Shown piece after piece: positions 57,272-64,000 of a stretch of DNA of 64,000 bases. The position numbers and the translations under genes were made by a program. The notes beneath the pieces are model-generated. The model ran no database searches. It saw only the letters and a program-made list of their open reading frames with translations, and was not told where the DNA came from. The stretch comes from Syntrophomonadaceae bacterium. GTDB lineage: Bacteria > Bacillota > Dethiobacteria > DTU022. Where the stretch lies: NCBI GenBank assembly GCA_003567725.1, contig PWYU01000052.1, forward strand, positions 3,095-67,094, given 5' to 3'. Each line of letters begins with the position of its first letter. The stretch's first letter is position 1.

Positions 57272-57769
57272 TTACCCTAGCAGCTTTTCAACTTCAATTC
57301 CGCGCAAAGAGCTTACTTCCTCAGCCCGCTTTAACGATTTCAAACCTTCCATGGTGGCATTGACAATATTAATTGCATTATCGGAGCCGAGGGATTTAGT
57401 CAAAATATCTCTCACTCCGGCCAACTCCAAAACCGCACGGACAGGCCCTCCGGCGATCACACCGGTACCTTCAGAAGCAGGCTTCAATAAAACTTTTCCA
57501 GCCCCGAAGCGGCCGGTAATTTCATGAGTTATAGTAGTCCCGACCATGGGGACCAAAATCAAATTCTTTTTGGCATTTTCAATACCTTTTCGTATTGCTT
57601 CCGGAACCTCACCGGCTTTTCCCATACCAGCGCCAACCACGCCGTTATAATCACCAACAACCACCAGCGTGCTGAAGCTAAAACGGCGGCCTCCTTTTAC
57701 CACTTTGGCCACACGGTTGACCTGAACTACCTTTTCTACCAGTTCCTGTGATGGTTCTATCTTTGACAC
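57272..57769 (-). CDS. rpsE: 30S ribosomal protein S5
   Basis: [24 protein letters not shown]... Confidence 0.95.
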   Translation of the reverse strand: MSKIEPSQELVEKVVQVNRVAKVVKGGRRFSFSTLVVVGDYNGVVGAGMGKAGEVPEAIRKGIENAKKNLILVPMVGTTITHEITGRFGAGKVLLKPASEGTGVIAGGPVRAVLELAGVRDILTKSLGSDNAINIVNATMEGLKSLKRAEEVSSLRGIEVEKLLG

Positions 57770-57787
57770 CCGTGCAATTCCCCCTTT

Positions 57788-58156
57788 CTAAAATTTTAAC
57801 CCGGCTTCGCGGGCCCCATCGGCCAGTTCTTTGACTCTGCCGTGATAGAGGTAGCCGCCCCGGTCGAAAACTACATCTTTAATGCCCTTATCCACAGCCC
57901 TTTTAGCAAGCAATTCTCCAACCTTACGGGCTGCTTCGCGATTACCGCCATGTTTAAGTTCAGAACGCATTTGCGAATCAATGCTTGAAGCGGCAACCAT
58001 GGTTTCTCCCGCTTGATCATCAATCACCTGGGCATAAATATGTTTGCTGCTGCGGAAAACATTTAACCGGGGGCGCTCCGCTGTGCCACTGACCTTTGTC
58101 CGGACCCTGCGGTGGCGTTTTTTCCGGTTGACCTGACGTAATTTTGTTTGAACCAC
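57788..58156 (-). CDS. rplR: 50S ribosomal protein L18
   Basis: [20 protein letters not shown]...[26 protein letters not shown]. Confidence 0.95.
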   Translation of the reverse strand: MVQTKLRQVNRKKRHRRVRTKVSGTAERPRLNVFRSSKHIYAQVIDDQAGETMVAASSIDSQMRSELKHGGNREAARKVGELLAKRAVDKGIKDVVFDRGGYLYHGRVKELADGAREAGLKF

Positions 58157-58176
58157 TATTATACACCTCCAGGCGA

Positions 58177-58713
58177 CTATTTGCCCGCTTTACCCGCTTT
58201 CTGGCGGACTTGTTCATTCTCATAACGAATGCCCTTACCTTTATAAGGCTCAGGCGGATAGGTCCTGCGAATTACCGCGGCCATATTTCCAACCTGCTGT
58301 TTATCAATACCTTTTACGGTTATTTTAGTAGGGCTGGGCACTTCAATTTCCATATCATCACCGGGAGCAAAAATAACCGGATGGGCAAAACCCATGTTTA
58401 AGACCAGTTTTTTGCCTTCCAAAGCTGCTCTGTAACCTACACCTACCAGCTCCAGGTTGCGGCTATAGCCTTCAGTTACCCCTAGGACCATATTGTCAAT
58501 CAGGGTCCTGGTCAAACCATGCAGCGACCTATGTTCCGGATTTTCAGAAGGGCGCTTGACATGAACCAAATTGCCTTCCTGTTCAATAATCATTTCCCGG
58601 TGCAGCTCTCTTGATAGTTTCCCTTTCGGTCCTGTAACGGTTATATGGTTGCCGTCAAGCTGTACCTGAACATTATCTGGTACAGCAACAGGTTTTTTAC
58701 CGGTTCGAGACAT
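58177..58713 (-). CDS. rplF: 50S ribosomal protein L6
   Basis: [17 protein letters not shown]...; 178 aa. Confidence 0.95.
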   Translation of the reverse strand: MSRTGKKPVAVPDNVQVQLDGNHITVTGPKGKLSRELHREMIIEQEGNLVHVKRPSENPEHRSLHGLTRTLIDNMVLGVTEGYSRNLELVGVGYRAALEGKKLVLNMGFAHPVIFAPGDDMEIEVPSPTKITVKGIDKQQVGNMAAVIRRTYPPEPYKGKGIRYENEQVRQKAGKAGK

Positions 58714-58733
58714 CGGTAATCCTCCTCGCTATG

Positions 58734-59129
58734 CTACCAAATATAGCACAATACTTCGCCGCCACTGCCCGTTTCCCGGGCCTGACGATCACTCATTAAT
58801 CCCTGAGAGGTGGAAATAACAGCTATTCCCAGCCCACCCAGGACCTTGGGCAGTTCATCTTTTTTCACATATACCCTTAAACCGGGTTTGCTGATCCTTT
58901 TCAGGCCGCTAATTATTTTCTCCTGGTCTGGACCATATTTTAGATGAACCCGCAAGATACCTTGTTTGTTATCTTTGATAAGCTCAAAATCTTTGATAAA
59001 CCCTTCCTGCTTTAAAATATTGGCGATAGAACGCTTTACATTCGAAGCAGGAATTTCCACAGTTTTATGCCGGACATTATTGGCATTACGCACCCTTGTC
59101 AGCATATCGGCAATCGGATCTGTCATCAT
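58734..59129 (-). CDS. rpsH: 30S ribosomal protein S8
   Basis: [16 protein letters not shown]... ATG 59129 lies 12 nt after GAGGAGG. Confidence 0.94.
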   Translation of the reverse strand: MMTDPIADMLTRVRNANNVRHKTVEIPASNVKRSIANILKQEGFIKDFELIKDNKQGILRVHLKYGPDQEKIISGLKRISKPGLRVYVKKDELPKVLGGLGIAVISTSQGLMSDRQARETGSGGEVLCYIW

Positions 59130-59163
59130 AGGCAGTAACAACCTCCTCTCATTCTTTCATCAT

Positions 59164-59349
59164 CTACCAGCTGGCTTTTTTGATTCCTGGAATTTTCCCT
59201 TCGTTGGCCAGATGACGAAAGCAAAGGCGGCACAGGCCGAATTTCCGCAAGTAAGCCCTTGAACGGCCGCAAACATAGCAACGATTGTAAGCACGGACCG
59301 GAAATCTAGGCTTTCTCTTGGCCTTGGCAATTAACGATTTCTTGGCCAT
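59164..59349 (-). CDS. rpsZ: 30S ribosomal protein S14 type Z (Zn-ribbon)
   Basis: 61 aa with CYVCGRS...CRLCFR. Confidence 0.94.
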   Translation of the reverse strand: MAKKSLIAKAKRKPRFPVRAYNRCYVCGRSRAYLRKFGLCRLCFRHLANEGKIPGIKKASW

Positions 59350-59383
59350 CCTTTCCCTCCTTAAATTAACGCTGCAGCTTTAA

Positions 59384-59926
59384 CTAGGCGGCCCGGAAGG
59401 GCATGCCCATCAAGGTTAATAGCTCGCGTGCTTCTTCATCAGTCTCGGCGGTAGTTACAATAGTTATATCCATGCCGAGCACTCTTTCCACTTGACTGTA
59501 CTCAATCTCGGGGAAAATCAACTGTTCCTTTATACCAATGGTAAAATTACCCCGCCCATCAAAGGAATGTGGCGATATGCCCCTAAAATCCCTGACTCTG
59601 GGTAAGGCAATGCTAAAAAGTTTATCTAAAAAATCATACATCCTAATGCCTCGCAGGGTCAATTTACAACCAATCGGGTTGCCTTCACGAACTTTAAAGC
59701 TTGCCACTGAGCGGCGCGCCCTGGTTATAATCGCCTTTTGACCGGTTATAATCGAAAGATCATTTACCGCTGCATCGAGGATTTTCGGGTTTTCCTTTCC
59801 TTCACCCAGGCCCATGTTGATCACTATTTTTTCGATCCGCGGCGCCTGTAAAGTGTTCTTGTATTCAAAACGTTTTACGAGCGCGGGCCTTACTTCTTCA
59901 AGGTATTTCTGCTTTATCCGTGACAT
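59384..59926 (-). CDS. rplE: 50S ribosomal protein L5
   Basis: 180 aa: ...[14 protein letters not shown]... Confidence 0.95.
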   Translation of the reverse strand: MSRIKQKYLEEVRPALVKRFEYKNTLQAPRIEKIVINMGLGEGKENPKILDAAVNDLSIITGQKAIITRARRSVASFKVREGNPIGCKLTLRGIRMYDFLDKLFSIALPRVRDFRGISPHSFDGRGNFTIGIKEQLIFPEIEYSQVERVLGMDITIVTTAETDEEARELLTLMGMPFRAA

Positions 59927-59946
59927 ATGCTTAGCTTTAACCCTCC

Positions 59947-60279
59947 TTACTTATCCAGCGATTCGCCGCATTTCCGACAAGCCCGGATCCGGCTGTTATC
60001 AGGAAGAATTTTCTTGGCCACCCGGGTCGCTTTATTGCAGGAAGGACAGAGGGGCAATACTCTGGATGCCGGAAATTCGGCCTCCATCTCCCTGATTCCA
60101 CCCTGGGGAACCCTGCGGGTTGGCTTGGCATGCTTCTTTATAATATTTATTCCTTCCACTTTTACCCTGCCCATACGGGGGGAAGTGGCAATTACTTTGC
60201 CTTTTTTGCCTTTATCCTTACCGGAAAGAACTACTACTTTGTCCCCCCGGCGAACAGTCATTTTTTTCATATCCACCAC
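59947..60279 (-). CDS. rplX: 50S ribosomal protein L24 (four-Cys variant)
   Basis: KOW motif ([20 protein letters not shown]) and a C-terminal CPSC...CRKC. GTG start 9 nt after GGAGGTG. Confidence 0.92.
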   Translation of the reverse strand: MVDMKKMTVRRGDKVVVLSGKDKGKKGKVIATSPRMGRVKVEGINIIKKHAKPTRRVPQGGIREMEAEFPASRVLPLCPSCNKATRVAKKILPDNSRIRACRKCGESLDK

Positions 60280-60305
60280 TTATTCGCCACCTCCGTAATG
60301 AACTG

Positions 60306-60674
60306 CTAAATAACCTCCGGAGCAAGAGAAACAATTTTCATAAAATCTTTCTCCCTTAATTCGCGGGCGACAGGTCCAAAAATCCGGGTGCCCCGCGGAT
60401 TATTCAGTTCATTGATTATCACAGCTGCATTCTCATCGAAGTTTATATGGGACCCGTCCCTGCGGTTTAACCGGCTTCTGGTGCGGACAATAACTGCCCT
60501 GACAACATCGCCTTTTTTTACTACCCCACCGGGGGTAGCTTCCTTTACCGAACCGATAATTATGTCGCCGATCCGGCCCGCTTTACGTTTTGATCCACCC
60601 AGAACCCTGATGCACAGGATCTTTTTCGCTCCCGAGTTGTCAGCTACCTTTAACATACTCTCAGATTGAATCAT
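60306..60674 (-). CDS. rplN: 50S ribosomal protein L14
   Basis: [18 protein letters not shown]... ATG 60674 follows AAAGGAGAGG. Confidence 0.95.
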   Translation of the reverse strand: MIQSESMLKVADNSGAKKILCIRVLGGSKRKAGRIGDIIIGSVKEATPGGVVKKGDVVRAVIVRTRSRLNRRDGSHINFDENAAVIINELNNPRGTRIFGPVARELREKDFMKIVSLAPEVI

Positions 60675-60725
60675 GGTTGCCTCTCCTTTCATCCCCTTTC
60701 CGGCAGGCTATCCGAAAAGAGAATC

Positions 60726-60980
60726 CTACAGCTTCGATTTGCGCATGATCTCCACCAAACGCCATCTTTTATCCTTGCTGATAGGCCTGGTTTCCATCAT
60801 TTTTACTATATCGCCTACTCGGGACTCATTTGTTTCATCATGCATTTTATGTTTTTTAGTCCGTCGAATAATCTTCCCATATAACGGATGGCGGGTTAAC
60901 CTTTCCACTGCTACAACTCTGGTTTTGTCCATTTTATCGCTAACTACCCGGCCGCTCCGTACTTTACCTTTGATTGTCAA
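60726..60980 (-). CDS. rpsQ: 30S ribosomal protein S17
   Basis: [27 protein letters not shown]. Confidence 0.95.
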   Translation of the reverse strand: MTIKGKVRSGRVVSDKMDKTRVVAVERLTRHPLYGKIIRRTKKHKMHDETNESRVGDIVKMMETRPISKDKRWRLVEIMRKSKL

Positions 60981-61008
60981 ACCGATGGGCCTCCCTTCTT
61001 ATTCAAAC

Positions 61009-61200
61009 TTAGCTAAGAGCCCGTTCCCGGAGCACGGTTTTAACCCGGGCAATATCACGGCGGACCTCTTTGATGCGCATAACATTATCCAGCTGGCCGG
61101 TGGCTTGCTGGAAACGCAGGTTAAAAAGCTCTTCTTTTAACTCTTTTACTTTATCATCCAGCTCTTGCTCATTAAGCTCATGAACTTCTTTTATTTTCAT
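61009..61200 (-). CDS. rpmC: 50S ribosomal protein L29
   Basis: 63 aa: [18 protein letters not shown]. Confidence 0.94.
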   Translation of the reverse strand: MKIKEVHELNEQELDDKVKELKEELFNLRFQQATGQLDNVMRIKEVRRDIARVKTVLRERALS

Positions 61201-61625
61201 TCGGATCCACCACCCGCTTCAGCTCTTTTTACAAACTTAGTTTTGATTGGCAACTTATTGGCTGCCAGGCGCAGGGCTTCCTTGGCCACATCTTCATCCA
61301 CACCGGCCAGTTCGAACATAATCCGGCCAGGCTTGATTACTGCCACCCAGTATTCAGGGGACCCTTTACCTTTACCCATCCGGGTCTCTGCCGGCTTTTC
61401 GGTTACCGGTTTATCAGGAAAGATGTTAATCCATACCTTCCCGCCCCGTTTAATCGATCTGGTCATAGCAATCCGGGCTGCTTCAATCTGCTGGCTTGTA
61501 ATCCAGGAAGGCTCTAAAGCCTGCAACCCATATTCGCCGAACTGGACTATGGTACCGCCTTTAGACCGCCCCTTCATCCGGCCGCGGTGCTGACGGCGGT
61601 ACTTTACCCGCTTAGGCATTAACAT
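61197..61625 (-). CDS. rplP: 50S ribosomal protein L16
   Basis: [19 protein letters not shown]... Confidence 0.95.
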   Translation of the reverse strand: MLMPKRVKYRRQHRGRMKGRSKGGTIVQFGEYGLQALEPSWITSQQIEAARIAMTRSIKRGGKVWINIFPDKPVTEKPAETRMGKGKGSPEYWVAVIKPGRIMFELAGVDEDVAKEALRLAANKLPIKTKFVKRAEAGGGSE

Positions 61626-62292
61626 TGGCGTCTACCTCCCCTGCAGGTTTTTCTTCACCGGGTTTCGGGGGCAATATTTCACCCTTAAAAATCCAAACTT
61701 TAACCCCGATGCGCCCATAAGTTGTCTTGGCTTCAACAAATCCATAATCTATATCTGCACGCAACGTCTGCAGAGGTACAGTCCCTTCATGGTAAGTTTC
61801 ATTGCGAGCCATTTCAGCTCCGCCTAGCCTACCACTACAAGATATCCTTACTCCTTTGGCTCCATTGCGCATAGTCCGGAAGATAGCCTGCTTCATAGCC
61901 CTTCTGAAAGCAATCCGTCTTTCCAGCTGGGAAGCAATACTTTCAGCTACCAGGGTAGCGTCCATTTCCGGTTTTTTGATTTCAATGATATTCAAATGCA
62001 CTTTTTTATCTGTTAATTTTTCCAATTCCTTGCGCAAACCTTCAACGCCGGCACCTCCCCGGCCTATGACCATCCCCGGTTTTGCGGTATGAATATTAAT
62101 CCGGACATTATTGGCAGCTCTCTCGATCTCAATCCTTGATACTGAAGATCCTTCCAGCTTTTTTTGAATAAAGTCCCTGATCTGCAGATCTTCATGCAGC
62201 TGGCTTTTATAATTTTTACTGGAGAACCATCTTGCGTCCCAGTCACGGATAACTCCAATCCGGAAACCGATGGGGTTAACTTTTTGTCCCAC
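61612..62292 (-). CDS. rpsC: 30S ribosomal protein S3
   Basis: [23 protein letters not shown]... Confidence 0.95.
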   Translation of the reverse strand: MGQKVNPIGFRIGVIRDWDARWFSSKNYKSQLHEDLQIRDFIQKKLEGSSVSRIEIERAANNVRINIHTAKPGMVIGRGGAGVEGLRKELEKLTDKKVHLNIIEIKKPEMDATLVAESIASQLERRIAFRRAMKQAIFRTMRNGAKGVRISCSGRLGGAEMARNETYHEGTVPLQTLRADIDYGFVEAKTTYGRIGVKVWIFKGEILPPKPGEEKPAGEVDANVNA

Positions 62293-62294
62293 CT

Positions 62295-62636
62295 TTAAAC
62301 CCCCCTTCTTTCTTTAACTATAACCGTTATATGGCTGGTTCTTTTAAAAATCAGGTTTCGCCTTCCCCTGGCCCGGGGCCGAATTCTCTTCATGGTAGGC
62401 CCTTCATCAACATAAGCCTGATCGATGTACAGCGAGCCCCGTTTCATTTCATGATTAAACTCAGCATTGGCCGCCGCGGATTTTACCACCTTGGCCACAG
62501 GCTCTGCTGCACCTCGCGGGGTATAACGCAGAATGCTTAAGGCTTCGTCAAGATCTTTATCCCTGATCATGTCAATTACAGCCCTTGCTTTGCGCGGCGC
62601 AACGCGTACATGTCGAGCTTTCGCTTTTGCTTCCAT
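62295..62636 (-). CDS. rplV: 50S ribosomal protein L22
   Basis: 113 aa: [19 protein letters not shown]. Confidence 0.95.
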   Translation of the reverse strand: MEAKAKARHVRVAPRKARAVIDMIRDKDLDEALSILRYTPRGAAEPVAKVVKSAAANAEFNHEMKRGSLYIDQAYVDEGPTMKRIRPRARGRRNLIFKRTSHITVIVKERRGV

Positions 62637-62658
62637 AAATCATCCTGCCTCCTCTGCC

Positions 62659-62943
62659 CTACTTAATAGTGGTAGAGCGTTCGGTATGGTGCCCGTGACC
62701 CCGGAAGGTGCGGGTCGGGGCAAATTCGCCCAGCTTATGTCCAACCATGTCTTCGCTGATGAAAATTGGGACATGCCTTCTACCATCATGGACTGCGATT
62801 GTATGTCCAACCATTTCAGGAAATATAGTGGAACGGCGGGACCAGGTCTTAACAACCTTTTTTTCTCCCTTTTCGCTCATCTGTGTAATTTTTTTCATCA
62901 AACTGGCCTCTACATAGGGGCCCTTTTTCAGTGAACGCGACAA
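62659..62943 (-). CDS. rpsS: 30S ribosomal protein S19
   Basis: [12 protein letters not shown]...[23 protein letters not shown]. Confidence 0.95.
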   Translation of the reverse strand: MSRSLKKGPYVEASLMKKITQMSEKGEKKVVKTWSRRSTIFPEMVGHTIAVHDGRRHVPIFISEDMVGHKLGEFAPTRTFRGHGHHTERSTTIK

Positions 62944-63015
62944 TCTAACTTACCTCCCTTTAAGCCGATTACTAAAGGATTTCCGGCCGCAGCAGGCAAC
63001 CCTCTTGCAAAACTA

Positions 63016-63846
63016 TTATTTCTTACGCCGGCGGAGAATATACTTATCAGATTCTTTTCTTTTCCGCCTGGTTTTATATCCCAGGGTCGGCTTGCCCCAG
63101 GGGGTAACCGGGCCGGGTAAACCGATGGGGGCTCTGCCTTCTCCACCCCCATGGGGGTGATCGCAAGGATTCATAACCGAACCCCGGACTGTAGGCCTTC
63201 TACCCATCCATCGTCCACGGCCGGCTTTTCCGATAGTCAGGTTCTCATGCTCTACGTTACCAATCTGGCCCACAGTAGCCCGGCAGTCAAGCGGGACCAG
63301 GCGGACTTCACCTGAAGGCAACCTGATATGGGCCATCTTGCCTTCTTTTGCCGCCAGCTGCGCTGCCGTTCCGGCTGAACGGGCCAGCTGGCCGCCGGCG
63401 CCCTGCTTCATCTCAATATTATGGACAAAGGTGCCCACCGGAATCGAACGCAGCGGCATGGCATTGCCGGGCCTTACTTCAACTTTAAACCCGGATTGAA
63501 CCTTTTGCCCTGTTCGAAGACCCATAGGGGCCAGAATATAGCGCTTTTCTCCATCAACATAGTGCAGTAAAGCTATGTTCGCCGTCCGGTTTGGATCGTA
63601 TTCAATCCCCGCAACTTTTGCCAGGACATTGTCTTTATCGCGTTTAAAATCGATAACCCGGTAATTTCGCTTATGGCCTCCGCCCTGGTGACGAACAGTA
63701 ATCCTGCCGTAGGAATTCCGGCCGGCCTTTTTACTTAAAGGAGCCAGTAAAGATTTTTCAGGCTTTTTTTTGGTTACTTCCTCAAACGTCGATACAGTCG
63801 CAAAACGCCGCCCCGGTGAAGTGGGTTTGAATCTTTTTACAGCCAT
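63016..63846 (-). CDS. rplB: 50S ribosomal protein L2
   Basis: 276 aa: ...GGGHKRNYR...[12 protein letters not shown]... Confidence 0.96.
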   Translation of the reverse strand: MAVKRFKPTSPGRRFATVSTFEEVTKKKPEKSLLAPLSKKAGRNSYGRITVRHQGGGHKRNYRVIDFKRDKDNVLAKVAGIEYDPNRTANIALLHYVDGEKRYILAPMGLRTGQKVQSGFKVEVRPGNAMPLRSIPVGTFVHNIEMKQGAGGQLARSAGTAAQLAAKEGKMAHIRLPSGEVRLVPLDCRATVGQIGNVEHENLTIGKAGRGRWMGRRPTVRGSVMNPCDHPHGGGEGRAPIGLPGPVTPWGKPTLGYKTRRKRKESDKYILRRRKK

Positions 63847-63864
63847 TGTAATACTCCCTCCTTC

Positions 63865-64000
63865 TTAGCGGCTTTCAAACAGCTCGATCGGTTTGCTGCC
63901 TTCGGCCAGTGTAATAATCGCTTTTTTCCAGGCAGGCTGTTTGCCTTCCGGAAAACGGCCCAAACGCTTCATTTTACCCCTGTAGTTTGCAGTGTTCACT
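63865..64000 (-). CDS. rplW: 50S ribosomal protein L23 (C-terminal part; 5' end outside window)
   Basis: Hand translation of the minus strand gives ...[44 protein letters not shown], with the stop at 63865-63867. Canonical position upstream of rplB. Confidence 0.85.
   Translation of the reverse strand, partial: VNTANYRGKMKRLGRFPEGKQPAWKKAIITLAEGSKPIELFESR

Noticed and set aside
46800-63900. Many 60-190-aa plus-strand ORFs across the ribosomal cluster (e.g. 57111..57527, 60673..61140, 61165..61593, 62533..62934)
   Set aside because: All are antisense or off-frame shadows of highly conserved minus-strand ribosomal protein genes. None has an independent RBS or motif.

Overview
This looks like a chromosomal segment from a Firmicutes/Clostridia-type anaerobe. 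The evidence is ferredoxin-linked 2-oxoacid oxidoreductase, radical-SAM genes, strong GGAGG ribosome-binding sites (RBS), frequent TTG/GTG starts, and the cdaA-cdaR-glmM-glmS and ecfA1-ecfA2-ecfT-truA arrangements. Positions 1-46,400 carry housekeeping and accessory metabolism genes: MORN-repeat proteins, korAB-like oxidoreductase, folD, an Fe-S photolyase homologue, a TRAP transporter, asnS, glnS, the c-di-AMP/GlcN6P operon, an AMMECR1/LigB-like/radical-SAM trio, and a riboswitch-led molybdenum cofactor operon with several fused genes. Positions 46,400-64,000 are the minus-strand ribosomal supercluster, running from rplW (partial) through rpsI, with secY, map, infA, rpoA, ecfA1A2T and truA. 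adk is absent between secY and map. I saw no tRNA, rRNA or CRISPR. The most unusual signal is a dispersed family of nine copies plus one fragment of a strictly intergenic palindromic element of about 100-145 bp (one copy is 293 bp). Its 12-14 bp terminal inverted repeats are GTAACTACTCAG...CTGAGTAGTTAC. Four copies have 8-bp flanking direct repeats, which is MITE-like (miniature inverted-repeat transposable element) behaviour, and no transposase lies in the window. Copies sit inside the moa operon, in both spacers around glmM, on both sides of an MFS gene, around a photolyase-containing segment, and on the stop codon of an mnhF-like gene. All calls come from reading the sequence and ORF translations by eye; no database search was run.
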